From Candidatus Blackburnbacteria bacterium (GTDB lineage: Bacteria; Patescibacteriota; Microgenomatia; UBA8517; UBA10165), in NCBI GenBank assembly GCA_016183565.1, contig JACPEJ010000001.1, positions 422,479 to 486,478 on the forward strand: a DNA stretch of 64,000 nucleotides, read 5' to 3'. The position numbers and the translations under genes are program-made. The notes below the pieces were generated by a model. That model worked only from the letters and a program-made list of their open reading frames with translations, was not told the DNA's origin and ran no database searches. This document shows, in pieces, positions 1 through 10,664 of the stretch; within the stretch, counting starts at the first letter, position 1; the number at the start of each line of letters is the position of its first letter.

Positions 1-1
1 T

Positions 2-1921
2 AGTTTAGAACTTATTTCTATTCTAAATCCCTTATTTCTTTTTTCACCGCACTGGCCTTTGAACGAGTTTGGAAAAACTTTTCCGCCGCCGTGGTTTTTT
101 GTGGGAATTCCTCTTTTAATATTTAGTAATCTGTTTTTTAAAAAGAACCGACAGGTTTTTGTTTTAACTTTCATTTTTCTGTTTTTTGTTTTTCTTGCGA
201 AGGGGGAGACAGGATTCCTTGGTAGTCTTTATGCTTGGGGGGTTGATACAGTACCATTAGTAGGAGGAGCGTTTCGGGATTCAACTAAATTTTTTGCACC
301 TCTTCTTTTGTTTGCTGGGATTCTTATCGGTTTAGGTGTTCAGAATTTTCAGCAGATATTTAAGAAACAGGTGTTCTCCTGGCTGGTGGTGATTGTAGCT
401 TATATCTACCTTCTCTTTTTGGTGTATCCGGCTGTTTTTGGTGGCATGAACGGAGTTTTAGCTGCAAGAGCTTTTCCAGAGGATCTTAATGCGATTGCTA
501 GCAATATTTCTGGAGAAGATCGTTTTTTAAGAACTGTTTGGTTTCCCGAGCGTCATCCTCTTGCGTTTAGCACAGAGAGAGCGCCGGCTTTAGATGCAAA
601 AAGCTTGGTTAATCTTCGACCTTTTGCCTCCCTTAATACGGGGACACTTGATGCTTTTAACTTTCTTCATGACGATGAGTCTTTGGAGTGGTTTAAGTTG
701 TTTGGGGTTAAATATTTGATTTTCTCTGGAGATACTAGAAAAGCTAGCTCAAGTCAAGAAGACCAAGAAGATTGGAATGACTTACTAAGGTTGGTTGACG
801 ACAACAAGGACTTGCGTCGAGTGAGTTGGGGTACGGAGATCCCAGTTTACGAAGTTCCAGAAAGCAAACCGAGAATTTTTGGTGTGAGCAAGGTAATAGC
901 AGTTGTGGGGTCGGATGATATTTATACGAAGTTGAAGAACGTAAACCCGGAGTTTTCAATTGGGAATCAGGGTTTTGTTTTTTTAGAAGATGGTAAGTTT
1001 GACCCTGGTGTTTTGGCAAAATATAGTCCTGATTCAGCACTTCTTGTTTTAAATAACAAACACGAAGAGGATATGGCTTTAAGCTTTCTTCAAAAACACT
1101 TTGTATCTCCCTCAGAAAGTATAAGTGCGGATTGGGCGGTTAGGAGATCGAAGGACTATCTTTCATGGAAATATGAGTTGTTAGTGAATGGAGTAAATAC
1201 GAGGGAATTTGACTATAACAAAGGGATTGCTTTTTCCTCAAAGATGGGGGAGAGGATAAGTTTTAATGTTGATGTAGACGACGAGGGTGAATATGTTCTT
1301 TTGGTAAGGTCGATGTCAAATTCGAATGGTGGGTTGAAGGCTTATTTGGATAATAACTCGTTTGAGATTTACTCACATACCCCTAATAACTTTGAGTGGG
1401 CTACAAAAGATGGTCTGATGCTTAAGAAGGGTCATCATGAACTTGTTTTCGAAAACTTAGGCAGTTTTGGAGTTTTAAACACTTTTGCAATTGTCAGAAA
1501 ACAAGAGTGGGAAGGGGCTTGGAATAAATCGTGGCAACTCACAACCAAATTCAAGGTTGTAACAGTAGGGGACAATGTAGACCTGAAGGAAGCTTTGGAG
1601 ATCCAAGAGGGAAACAAGTGGGTGGAGGTGGAATATCAATTTGTTAATCCCGCAAAATATCAATTAAATCTGCCGGTTGGAGCACGATGGATTGTGTTCA
1701 CTGATTCGTATCATCCACAATGGATAGCTAGAGAAAGGGAGGATGTTTTGCCTTCTCTTCCGTTTTATTCTTCTGTCAATGGCTTTGGTTTTACAGATCC
1801 AGGTAATGCAGAACTTGTATTTACTGGTCAAAAAGAGGTACGGTTAGGAGTGTATATAACAGTTATTTCGATTGTAGTCATTGCTGCTTTTTTCGTTGCG
1901 GCAAGGATTAGAAATGCTTAA
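2..1921 (+). CDS. Large membrane protein (N-terminal TM region, large extracytoplasmic domain, C-terminal anchor); GT-C/YfhO-like, 5' partial
   Basis: Frame is open from the window edge; TM helices; 'FRDSTKF', 'LFGVKYLIF', 'VFTDSYHPQW...VNGF' motifs typical of YfhO/AftD-like membrane proteins. Confidence 0.6.
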   Translation, partial: SLELISILNPLFLFSPHWPLNEFGKTFPPPWFFVGIPLLIFSNLFFKKNRQVFVLTFIFLFFVFLAKGETGFLGSLYAWGVDTVPLVGGAFRDSTKFFAPLLLFAGILIGLGVQNFQQIFKKQVFSWLVVIVAYIYLLFLVYPAVFGGMNGVLAARAFPEDLNAIASNISGEDRFLRTVWFPERHPLAFSTERAPALDAKSLVNLRPFASLNTGTLDAFNFLHDDESLEWFKLFGVKYLIFSGDTRKASSSQEDQEDWNDLLRLVDDNKDLRRVSWGTEIPVYEVPESKPRIFGVSKVIAVVGSDDIYTKLKNVNPEFSIGNQGFVFLEDGKFDPGVLAKYSPDSALLVLNNKHEEDMALSFLQKHFVSPSESISADWAVRRSKDYLSWKYELLVNGVNTREFDYNKGIAFSSKMGERISFNVDVDDEGEYVLLVRSMSNSNGGLKAYLDNNSFEIYSHTPNNFEWATKDGLMLKKGHHELVFENLGSFGVLNTFAIVRKQEWEGAWNKSWQLTTKFKVVTVGDNVDLKEALEIQEGNKWVEVEYQFVNPAKYQLNLPVGARWIVFTDSYHPQWIAREREDVLPSLPFYSSVNGFGFTDPGNAELVFTGQKEVRLGVYITVISIVVIAAFFVAARIRNA

Positions 1922-3185
1922 CGTACTTTTTCGTTTTCGCAAACTGGTTTTTTCAAGGACTGCAAAGGATACCTCTATTATTCTTGTAGGGAATAGTGTT
2001 GCGTCTTTTTTGGCTATAGCTTTTACTATTCTTGCAGCACGCTATCTTGGACCTGCCGACTGGGGGACTGTAGCAGCAGTTATAAGTTTTGTGATTATTG
2101 TTGAGGCTATTGGCGATTTAGGCTTAGGGTCAAGTCTTTTTCGGTTTGTTTCGGCGGATTGGAGTAATAACAATAAGGAGAAGGTAAGCTCAACAATGTC
2201 ATTAATTTTTTTAATAAGACTGGCAACGGCTATAATACTTTTTGCGGTATTAATTGCAGGCTCTGCTTTTTTTACAAAAATAATATTTAAGTCAGATGAG
2301 CCGCTTCTTGTAGTATTTGGCGCTCTTAGTGTTTTTGCCTATCTTCTTTTGGAGTTTCAAATAGTGGCTTTGCAAGCGAAACATTCTTGGGTACTGGCGT
2401 CTTTTTTTACAGCTTTTACCAACCTGTTGCGTCTTTTTATGGTTGTTGCTCTTGTTTTTTTAGATAAGGTTTCGGTGTTGAGTATTTTGGCGGTGTTTTC
2501 TGGAAGTCCACTGGTTATCTTTTTTGTTACCTTGGGTTGGCAAAGGACTAGTTTGCGTCTTCCTGCAAACTGGAAACTAGCTGCCAAGAATATAATTCCC
2601 TTCTCTGGTTGGTTGGGTGTAAACCGCATAGCTGGTTCGATAATCGCAAGACTTGATGTTCTTTTGTTGCTTTCGTTTTTAGGAGCTTACCAGACTGGGA
2701 TTTTTGCTGCGGCAAAACAATTGGCGATTGGAGTGCCAATGATTGTTGGCAGTATGGCTGTTGCGATAGCACCTCGTTTAGCGATTTTGGAAAAGGAAGC
2801 TCTTGTTCTTTATTTTAAGAAAGCGGTTTTGTTGTCTGTTTTGATAACGATAGGGTTGGGTGTAGGAATTCTTTTAACCCCGTACATCGTACAGTTGTTT
2901 GGGCCGCAATATAGTTCTTCTACTCCTGTATTACAACTATTATTGCTTGGGTATGTTCCGTTTGTTTTATCAATGCCTGCTGTGAATTTGTTGATTTATT
3001 CCTTAGGAAAACCCCAAGTTGTTGCCATCATAAGCTTAGTGCAGTTGCCTGTTGTTTATGTAAGCTATTTGTTGATCATTCCGTTATTTGGTCTTTGGGG
3101 GGCTGCAGCGATTAACGGTGTGTGGCAACTCTCGACTATGATATTTGGATACTTTTTTGCTATGTATTATATTAGACAAAAATGA
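1914..3185 (+). CDS. Oligosaccharide flippase (Wzx/MOP family)
   Basis: About 12 TM helices, 'ARYLGPADWG' and 'DLGLG' motifs; ATG 1914 overlaps the upstream stop. Confidence 0.85.
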   Translation: MLNVLFRFRKLVFSRTAKDTSIILVGNSVASFLAIAFTILAARYLGPADWGTVAAVISFVIIVEAIGDLGLGSSLFRFVSADWSNNNKEKVSSTMSLIFLIRLATAIILFAVLIAGSAFFTKIIFKSDEPLLVVFGALSVFAYLLLEFQIVALQAKHSWVLASFFTAFTNLLRLFMVVALVFLDKVSVLSILAVFSGSPLVIFFVTLGWQRTSLRLPANWKLAAKNIIPFSGWLGVNRIAGSIIARLDVLLLLSFLGAYQTGIFAAAKQLAIGVPMIVGSMAVAIAPRLAILEKEALVLYFKKAVLLSVLITIGLGVGILLTPYIVQLFGPQYSSSTPVLQLLLLGYVPFVLSMPAVNLLIYSLGKPQVVAIISLVQLPVVYVSYLLIIPLFGLWGAAAINGVWQLSTMIFGYFFAMYYIRQK

Positions 3186-4027
3186 CAATAACAGCCCATT
3201 GTTTGGTTAAAAACGAAGCGCGGTTTTTATGGTATTCGGTTATGTCCGTTATAAAACACGTTGATAAAATTTTATTGTGGGATACAGGAAGTACGGATGA
3301 GACTCTTGAGATTATAAACGTGATACGGAAAACGGAAAATGGAAAACGGAAGGTAGAGTTTAGGGAGTATGGTGAGGTTACACCAGATACGTTTGCTCAT
3401 GTGAGGCAGGAGATGCTGGATAGCACAGAGACCGATTGGATCATTATGGTAGATGGGGATGAAGTTTGGTGGGAAGGTACCATACGGCACCTTCTTTCAG
3501 AGATAAAGGAAAAAGGAGATACTATCGAGTCAATTGTTGTTCCTACTATAAATTTGGTTGGGGATATTTTTCATTATCAGGAACCTCAGGCTGGAAAGTA
3601 TCGATTAGCGGGCAAGATCGGCCACCTAAATTTGCGCGGAGTAAATAGAAAAATTCCTGGTTTGAAATCGTTTGGTTCACATGGACAATGGGGGTGGGTT
3701 GATGGGGAAAATAGGATGATACAGTACAGAGATTCTAAGAATATTTTATTTATAGACGCTCCTTATCTTCACGCAACCAATATACCAAGAGCAGGAAATT
3801 TCCAAAAAGAAGAGGATGTGCCCAAAAGAAAGATGAAAAGAAAATATGAACTTGGCATACCTTTTCCCTTAGACTTTTACTACCCTGAAGTTTTTTTTCG
3901 TCCAAAGCCCCGTATTGTCCCTTCACCCTGGGAAAAGATGAGTATATCCTTCAAAATACGGGCGGCTGTTGAAACTCCATTGCGCAAGATCAAAAGAAGA
4001 TTTCTTCCGGGGAAAGTGGGTTATTAA
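3182..4027 (+). CDS. Glycosyltransferase family 2
   Basis: 'CLVKNE', 'DTGSTD', DxD 'VDGDE'. Confidence 0.85.
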   Translation: MTITAHCLVKNEARFLWYSVMSVIKHVDKILLWDTGSTDETLEIINVIRKTENGKRKVEFREYGEVTPDTFAHVRQEMLDSTETDWIIMVDGDEVWWEGTIRHLLSEIKEKGDTIESIVVPTINLVGDIFHYQEPQAGKYRLAGKIGHLNLRGVNRKIPGLKSFGSHGQWGWVDGENRMIQYRDSKNILFIDAPYLHATNIPRAGNFQKEEDVPKRKMKRKYELGIPFPLDFYYPEVFFRPKPRIVPSPWEKMSISFKIRAAVETPLRKIKRRFLPGKVGY

Positions 4028-4028
4028 A

Positions 4029-4850
4029 ATGCTTTCCAAAAATTGTCTAATTTGTGGTAACGGGCTTAATTTGCTTGGAGAGAACGGTGGGTTCAAGATT
4101 TATAAATGTTCTTCTTGTGGTCTGGGTGTAACTGAGGGGAGTATGGAAGGAGATTATGACCAGTACCACAGGGATTTTGTTTATGTGAAGGAAAATGTTC
4201 AGTTTAAAAATGTATTTGCAAGGCGAGCAAGACTAGTTTCTAAATTCCAGAAAACCGGGAGGGTGCTTGAAGTAGGTTCGTCTACTGGTGTTTTGTTGTC
4301 TGTTTTGAAAGATAAAGGTTGGGAGGTTTTGGGTATAGAACCTTCTTTGGAAGCGCAACAAATTGCAGTAGAGCAGGGTATTCCAACACTTAAGACTACT
4401 TTTGAGAGAGCTAAACTTGCAAGTAATCGGTTTGATGTGATTATTTTTAATCATGTTTTAGAGCACCTAGCTGATCCACTTGATGTGATCACAAAAGCTA
4501 ATCGGGTTTTGAAAAAGGATGGAATTTTGTTTATAGATGTTCCAAACTTTGGGGGTTTGAGTGCTTTTTTGTGGGGGGCTCGGTGGCTGTATGTTTTGCC
4601 TAATGAACATAGGTGGCATTTTACTTACAAGGCTTTAGAGACTTTACTAGGAAGAACAGATTTTAAGATAGTGCATTGGGAAGCAACTTCTGGTGTTTGG
4701 GATTATGCGGATCTATGGGGAGAAATTTGGGATAGTTTTGTTCATTTGAAAAAGAGGTTTTTTACAAATGTTTTAACTCTCATACCAACTTACTTTATAA
4801 CCAAGTTAAACTTAGGTACAGGATTGACAGTTCTTGCCCGGAAAATCTGA
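4029..4850 (+). CDS. Class I SAM-dependent methyltransferase with N-terminal Zn ribbon
   Basis: CxxC...CxxC, 'VLEVGSSTG', 'NHVLEHL', 'LFIDVPN'. Confidence 0.85.
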   Translation: MLSKNCLICGNGLNLLGENGGFKIYKCSSCGLGVTEGSMEGDYDQYHRDFVYVKENVQFKNVFARRARLVSKFQKTGRVLEVGSSTGVLLSVLKDKGWEVLGIEPSLEAQQIAVEQGIPTLKTTFERAKLASNRFDVIIFNHVLEHLADPLDVITKANRVLKKDGILFIDVPNFGGLSAFLWGARWLYVLPNEHRWHFTYKALETLLGRTDFKIVHWEATSGVWDYADLWGEIWDSFVHLKKRFFTNVLTLIPTYFITKLNLGTGLTVLARKI

Positions 4851-4853
4851 TAT

Positions 4854-6233
4854 ATGCGTAACAAATTTTTGTTTCTTTTACCTGTTTTTTTGTTAGTACA
4901 TCTTTTTTTTCTTGCAAACCTTCGCTTTACTGCTTGGCCGGAAATGTTCTCCTATCCCTATTTAAAAAACCACAACTATTTGCTTTATCGTGATATAGTT
5001 CACCCATACACACCAGTTCTGACTTTAGCCCTTGCTTACGTTTATAGAATTTTTGACTACAACCTCGCGACTTTGGAGTGGTTTTCGTGGGGGATTATTT
5101 TGTTCTCCACGGTTTGTGTATGGTTTCTCACGCGGCAGGTAGCCAAGAGCACGAAAGCTGCAGTCATTTCTACTTCTTTATACGTTTTGCTTCAACCATT
5201 TCTTGACGGCAATATGTTGTGGTTTGATATTGCAATTGTCCCACCAGTTTTACTGGGAACACTTTTTTTGTTTAGAAATAAACTTTTGTGGTCGGGAATA
5301 TTTTTTGCTCTAGCCGCCTTTACCAAACAAACCGCAGGATTGTTCTACCTTGCTGCACTATTGTTTGTTGCAAGGGGACGCCTTGCACGCACGTCAAGGC
5401 GTCCCCTTGCAGAGTTTCTGGTTGGTCCACTGGTTTTTAGTGTCCCTCTTTTAGTTAGATTGTGGCAGGAAAATGCGCTGACGGGGTTTTGGAAGTGGGT
5501 TGTCTGGTATCCTGCGACCCAATGGTCGAAGTTCCCCGGGTATGTACAAATGAATATTGGTGTGGCTGACCAAAAGATTCTTCTATTATTACTTGCACTA
5601 TTGGTTTTAGCTTGTTGGTGGGGTAAGAAGGGAATGAACAAAGACACAAGTTTACTCTTTGCGCTCGGTGGTTTATCGCTTGTGACGATTTATCCACGAT
5701 TTTCTTTCTTTCATTTCCAGCTGGCTCTGGCCTTTTGGAGCATCCTGTGTGGACTATTTTTGGCTAAGGTAACGGCTCGGATCTTTGTTCCCACAGTCAC
5801 GGCATTTGCTCTTATTATGATTTATCTTCTGCATTATCCGGCTATTCGTGTTGCTTGGAGAAAAGAAGCACGATTTGCGGGTGCAGGGGATAGGGAATTT
5901 GCACGGAACGTTGCACAGGTTACGAAAGAGAACGAAACGGTATTTTTACAGGGTGCCCCTTCTCAGCTATATGTGATGGCCAGGCGTCTTCCCCCAAAAC
6001 CATGGGCAGATAATTATGTGTGGTACTTGGAGATTCCAGGGGTTCAGGAGGAAATACTCTCAAGGTGGGACCAAAACCCTCCGTTGTATATATTTTGGCG
6101 CATTCCGACAAGTGGAAACTGGTTTGATTTGGGCACGTATCAGCCTGAAAAGATTGTTGAATATATAAAAACCAACTACAATTTTGAGAGGAAGGTTGAT
6201 TCGGGGATACAAATATGGAAAAGAAAAAGCTGA
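4854..6233 (+). CDS. GT-C-fold membrane glycosyltransferase-like protein
   Basis: Multiple TM helices, 'LYRDIVHPYTP', 'FTKQ'. Confidence 0.65.
   Translation: MRNKFLFLLPVFLLVHLFFLANLRFTAWPEMFSYPYLKNHNYLLYRDIVHPYTPVLTLALAYVYRIFDYNLATLEWFSWGIILFSTVCVWFLTRQVAKSTKAAVISTSLYVLLQPFLDGNMLWFDIAIVPPVLLGTLFLFRNKLLWSGIFFALAAFTKQTAGLFYLAALLFVARGRLARTSRRPLAEFLVGPLVFSVPLLVRLWQENALTGFWKWVVWYPATQWSKFPGYVQMNIGVADQKILLLLLALLVLACWWGKKGMNKDTSLLFALGGLSLVTIYPRFSFFHFQLALAFWSILCGLFLAKVTARIFVPTVTAFALIMIYLLHYPAIRVAWRKEARFAGAGDREFARNVAQVTKENETVFLQGAPSQLYVMARRLPPKPWADNYVWYLEIPGVQEEILSRWDQNPPLYIFWRIPTSGNWFDLGTYQPEKIVEYIKTNYNFERKVDSGIQIWKRKS
5369..5411. repeat. REPIN-like doublet of inverted CAAGG-N5-CCTTG palindromes inserted in frame in a CDS
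   Basis: TGCAAGGGGACGCCTTGCA-CGCACG-TCAAGGCGTCCCCTTGCA; related units near 50920, 52670 and 57580. Confidence 0.75.
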
Positions 6234-7288
6234 AGATTGCCTTTTTGAGTTTTTATAGTGGTGAAGTTTATCGTGGAGTTGAAACTTTTGTGCATGAGGT
6301 GGCTAACAGACTTTCCGCGTTTGGGCATACGGTGATAGTACTGCAGAATGGATCGGCAGCCCCCGGCTCTTTGTATAAGACTGTGTCTTTGGGTTTGCCG
6401 CTTGATTTGAAGAGAAAACCACAGTGTACTTCCTTTGTGTTTAACTACTACGCATTTTGTGTAAGACAATTTACTCAAGAGGCTTTAAGACTTGTTGAAG
6501 AAGATGTAGATATTCTGTTTCCCATAAATGGCCAGTGGCAAAGCCTACTTTGTCGATTGTGGTCATGGAAGAGAGGAACGCGAATGGTTCTTGTTGGTCA
6601 ATCTGGCCTTGGAATTGATGATCGTTTGAACCTTTGGACATTTCCAAATGTATTTGTAGGATTGACTAGATTCCAGATACAATGGTCAAAGCGTGTAAAT
6701 CCTTTTGTAAGGGTGGTGACTATACCGAATGGTGTTGATCTTGCGAAATTCAAGCCGAGAGCGAAGGCTATAAAAATAGAGCTTCCTAAACCTGTGATTT
6801 TAAGCGTTGCGGCGTTAACTTCTTGGAAGCGCTTGGACTTGGCAATGAAGGCGGTGGCTAGCTTGAAACAGGGTTCGCTTCTTTTAGTAGGACAGGGTGA
6901 GGACAGAGAGAAGTTACAGAAACTAGGAGACGACTTGCTGCCTGGGCGTTTTCAAATTTCCTCTTTCCCCTATCAGCAGATGCCTGGAGTTTATGCCTCG
7001 GCTGATTTGTTCACTTTTCCGACTGTTCCGTGGGAATCTTTTGGCATAGCTATGGTTGAAGCAATGGCTACGAATTTGCCTGTGGTTGCGAGTGATGATC
7101 CTATAAGGCGAGAAATTGTGGGTAATGCAGGGCTTTTTGTTGATCCCTTAGATACTAGCGCGTATGCTAACGTACTAAAGGAGGCCTTGGATACTAATTG
7201 GGGTAATAAGCCGAGGGAGCAAGCGAAGAAGTTTTCTTGGGATGAAATTGCTAAGTCTTATGATAGACTTTTTAGGAATTTAGTTTAA
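6215..7288 (+). CDS. Glycosyltransferase family 4
   Basis: 'IPNGVD', 'ESFGIAMVEAMA'. Confidence 0.9.
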   Translation: MEKKKLKIAFLSFYSGEVYRGVETFVHEVANRLSAFGHTVIVLQNGSAAPGSLYKTVSLGLPLDLKRKPQCTSFVFNYYAFCVRQFTQEALRLVEEDVDILFPINGQWQSLLCRLWSWKRGTRMVLVGQSGLGIDDRLNLWTFPNVFVGLTRFQIQWSKRVNPFVRVVTIPNGVDLAKFKPRAKAIKIELPKPVILSVAALTSWKRLDLAMKAVASLKQGSLLLVGQGEDREKLQKLGDDLLPGRFQISSFPYQQMPGVYASADLFTFPTVPWESFGIAMVEAMATNLPVVASDDPIRREIVGNAGLFVDPLDTSAYANVLKEALDTNWGNKPREQAKKFSWDEIAKSYDRLFRNLV

Positions 7289-7289
7289 A

Positions 7290-7319
7290 TTGATATCATG
7301 ATTCGAATCATGATATCAA
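7290..7319. repeat. Perfect 30-bp palindrome (second copy at 19490-19515)
   Basis: TTGATATCATGATTCGAATCATGATATCAA equals its own reverse complement. Confidence 0.9.
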
Positions 7320-7325
7320 GTCAAT

Positions 7326-8174
7326 ATGCATGTATCTATAATAATTCCGGTATATAACGAGGAAGATGTGATTCTTGAGTGTTTGGAATCATTGTTGGGA
7401 CAAACACAGAGAGATTTGGAAATAATCGTTGTTGATGATGGGTCAACAGATAATTCAAAAGTCAAAATTCAAAATGCAAAATTGCAGTTAAAAATTCAAA
7501 ATTTAAAGATTCTTACTCAAAAACATAGAGGGCCAGGGCCGGCGAGGAATTTGGGGGTGAAGCATGCCAAAGGGGAAATTCTAGTTTTTGTTGATGCTGA
7601 TATGACCTTTGCGCCGGATTTTGTTGGAAAGTTAATTCAACCAATTGAAGAGGGGGAAAGTCGCGGTACTTTTAGCAAACTTGAGTATGTTAAAAATTCT
7701 GAAAATGTGTGGGCTCAATGTTGGGGAGTGAACGAGGGATGGGTAAAAGGAATGCGGCATCCAAAGGATTATCCTGATAAGCAAAAGGTTTTCCGCGCTG
7801 TCTTGAAAAGTGAGTTTGAGAGGGTTGGGGGTTTTTCTCCTACCGGGGAGTATACGGATGATTGGACACTTTCTGAGAAGTTGGGATATTTGGCGGAAAG
7901 TGCGCCGGGGGCAGTTTTTTATCATAAAAATCCTGATAGTTTAGAAGATGTTTTTTTTCAAGCAAAATGGATTGGAAAGAGGCAATATAAACTTGGGAAG
8001 GTTGGTACGACTGTTTCAATTGTACGATCTTCTTTTCCTATTTCTCTTGTTTGGGGTATGGTGAAAGCGGTAGAAAATAAGTTGCCTCAGTTTGTTGTGT
8101 TTAAGATTGTTTATGATTTTGGAATTTTCTCTGGGGCGTTTTTGTCTTTTATAGGAGGTAGTAATGCAAAGTGA
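7326..8174 (+). CDS. Glycosyltransferase family 2
   Basis: 'SIIIPVYNE', 'VDDGSTD', 'FVDAD'. Confidence 0.9.
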   Translation: MHVSIIIPVYNEEDVILECLESLLGQTQRDLEIIVVDDGSTDNSKVKIQNAKLQLKIQNLKILTQKHRGPGPARNLGVKHAKGEILVFVDADMTFAPDFVGKLIQPIEEGESRGTFSKLEYVKNSENVWAQCWGVNEGWVKGMRHPKDYPDKQKVFRAVLKSEFERVGGFSPTGEYTDDWTLSEKLGYLAESAPGAVFYHKNPDSLEDVFFQAKWIGKRQYKLGKVGTTVSIVRSSFPISLVWGMVKAVENKLPQFVVFKIVYDFGIFSGAFLSFIGGSNAK

Positions 8175-9576
8175 CTTAGCAAAGAAAGATATTTTAGTTC
8201 TACTTATAGTTTCCTTGATTTTTCGTCTTCCAGCGCTTAATCAATCTCTTTGGTTGGATGAAGCAACCAGTGTTTTGGCAGCAAAGAATTTAGGTATTAC
8301 GGAGCTTTTGACAGCATTTGCTCCCGGAGATTTTCACCCGCCTTTGTATTACCTTCTGTTAAAGATTTGGATTAGTGTTTTTGGAGCGGGTGAGATTGCT
8401 GTGCGCATGCTCTCTGTAACTTTTGGGGTGCTAACTGTTTATTTTGTGTATCGTTTGGGCACTTTTTTGTTCAATAGAACAGTTGGGATTGTTACAGCGC
8501 TTTTTCTTGCTACGGCGCCTTTGCATGTTTATTATTCCCAAGAAGCCAGAATGTATGCTCTGGCAACACTCTTTGCGACGCTAAGTGTGCTTTATTTTGC
8601 AAAGCTGGTTGCAACTGACAAACCCTCTTATAGGGAATGGCTATTGTTTGTTGTTACCACTGTTCTTCTTTTATATACCGACTACTTGCCTGTTCTCTTA
8701 CTACCTTTTTATGCTCTGATTTTACTAAAACAGAGAATGCATTTTAGGAAATACAAAAAGGAATGGTTGACTGCTGGTGTAAGTATTTTTCTTTTGCTTC
8801 TTCCTTGGTTGCCGGTTTTTATAGAACAAGTAAAGACAGGGTTGTTAGTTAAATCCAATGCTCCTCTTTGGTGGAGTACTCTTGGTAGAACAAGCATAAA
8901 GCAGGTTTTGTTGGTACCAGTGAAATTTATGATTGGCAGAGTGTCTTTGTACAACAAGATGTTGTATGGAGGATTGATGCTTCTGGTCTCAGGTTTTTTT
9001 GGTGTTCTTTTTTTTCAAGCTGGCCGCTTTTTTTCTAAGAACAAGTTTTTGTGGTATTGGCTTTTTGTGCCACTTTTAGTTGGTTCGATTCTTGGGGTCT
9101 GGCTTTCGGTTTTCTCTTACTTCAGGTTTTTGTTTTTGCTGCCTGCATTTTATATGCTCGTTTCCTACGGAGTCATTTCTGTGGGCAAGAGAAAATTGCG
9201 AATTTTTGCTGCGACTGTTGTTATAGTGCTTAACTTTTTAACAACTTATGCGTATCTTACAACTCCTCGTTTTCAGAGAGAAAACTGGAAAGGTGCGGTT
9301 TCCTGGATTGAGGAGCAGCCAATTGGAGAGAGAGCAGTTTCTATTTTTGTGACAAGGAATCAACGGGATCCATACTTTTACTATGCTAAACGTGTTCCAG
9401 CTTATGGTCCTGAGGGGTTAGATGATAATACTATTGATACAATATATCTTGTTCGCTATGTTCAACCTATGTTTGATCCGGAGGATAGGTTGCGCCGGAA
9501 AGTAGAGAATATGGATTACAAGAAGCAGGAAGAACGAGATTTTAATGGTGTCACAATTTGGAGATACACGAAATGA
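8164..9576 (+). CDS. GT-C glycosyltransferase family 39 (PMT/ArnT-like)
   Basis: 'SLWLDE', 'HPPLYY', 'YSQEARMY', many TM helices. Confidence 0.85.
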   Translation: MQSDLAKKDILVLLIVSLIFRLPALNQSLWLDEATSVLAAKNLGITELLTAFAPGDFHPPLYYLLLKIWISVFGAGEIAVRMLSVTFGVLTVYFVYRLGTFLFNRTVGIVTALFLATAPLHVYYSQEARMYALATLFATLSVLYFAKLVATDKPSYREWLLFVVTTVLLLYTDYLPVLLLPFYALILLKQRMHFRKYKKEWLTAGVSIFLLLLPWLPVFIEQVKTGLLVKSNAPLWWSTLGRTSIKQVLLVPVKFMIGRVSLYNKMLYGGLMLLVSGFFGVLFFQAGRFFSKNKFLWYWLFVPLLVGSILGVWLSVFSYFRFLFLLPAFYMLVSYGVISVGKRKLRIFAATVVIVLNFLTTYAYLTTPRFQRENWKGAVSWIEEQPIGERAVSIFVTRNQRDPYFYYAKRVPAYGPEGLDDNTIDTIYLVRYVQPMFDPEDRLRRKVENMDYKKQEERDFNGVTIWRYTK

Positions 9577-10655
9577 GAATAGCAATAGACGTATCACCTG
9601 TGGTTTATGAGACAGGTGTTTCGTACTATACCAAGAACCTCGTTAATGCTCTACTTCAATTAAATGAAGAGGATGAGTTTGTGTTATTTGGGGGTGCTCT
9701 TCGAAGGAAAGGCGAACTGGATAATTTTGTAAATTCTCTACGACAGAAGAATGTTAGAAAAAGAACTTTTTTTCTCCCTCCCAGTGCGCTATCTTTTGTT
9801 TGGAATGATTTGCACAAATTTCCAATTGAAAATTTTACTGGTAGTTTGAATGTGTTTCATTCTTCTGATTGGACACAGCCTCCAACGAGTGCTTACAAAG
9901 TAACAACAATTCATGATCTTGTTCCTTTAAGGTTCCCGGAAATTTCACATCCTAAAATTGTTGAAACGCATAAGAAAAGGCTTTCTTGGGTTGTGAAAGA
10001 AGTAGATAAAATTATCGCGGTTTCTACTTTTACAAAGGATGAGATAGTCGGGTTATTGGGTATAGAACCTAAGCGAATTGTGGTAATCCCGGAGGCAGCG
10101 GATCCGGGTCTGGTGCCAGTTTCAAGGGAACGTGTGCGAAGGGTAATTAAAAATTTGGGGCTTACGAGAGATTATTTGTTAGTGGTTGGTGCAGATCCAA
10201 GGAAGAATATTCCTGCTATTATCCAGGCCTTTGGGAAGATTAGAAAAGAAGCTGATTTGGATTTGGTTATTACGGGGAGGTTTTGGGAAGATGTTCCGAA
10301 AGAACCGGGAATTATTGCTCTTGGTCATATGCCCAGAGAAGATTTAAGGAGTCTTTATGCTGGAGCGCAAGCATTGGTTTACACATCGTTGTATGAGGGT
10401 TTTGGGTTGCCAATTCTTGAGGCGATGCAGTTGGGTTGTCCTGTTGTAACTTCTAATATATCTTCTATGCCGGAAGTTGCGGGAGAGGCAGCAGTGCTTG
10501 TTGACCCAACAAATCCGACAGTGATTGCAAGTGGTATTGAAAAAGTTTTGTCGGAAAGAGAAATTTGGATTGAAAAAGGATTAGGCCGCGCTAAAGAATT
10601 TTCATGGGAGAATACTGCGAAGTTGACGTTTAAGGTGTATAAGGAAGGTGTTTAG
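9573..10655 (+). CDS. Glycosyltransferase family 4 (mannosyltransferase-like)
   Basis: 'TIHDL', 'PRKN', 'EGFGLPILEAM'. Confidence 0.9.
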   Translation: MRIAIDVSPVVYETGVSYYTKNLVNALLQLNEEDEFVLFGGALRRKGELDNFVNSLRQKNVRKRTFFLPPSALSFVWNDLHKFPIENFTGSLNVFHSSDWTQPPTSAYKVTTIHDLVPLRFPEISHPKIVETHKKRLSWVVKEVDKIIAVSTFTKDEIVGLLGIEPKRIVVIPEAADPGLVPVSRERVRRVIKNLGLTRDYLLVVGADPRKNIPAIIQAFGKIRKEADLDLVITGRFWEDVPKEPGIIALGHMPREDLRSLYAGAQALVYTSLYEGFGLPILEAMQLGCPVVTSNISSMPEVAGEAAVLVDPTNPTVIASGIEKVLSEREIWIEKGLGRAKEFSWENTAKLTFKVYKEGV

Positions 10656-10664
10656 AGTGTCATC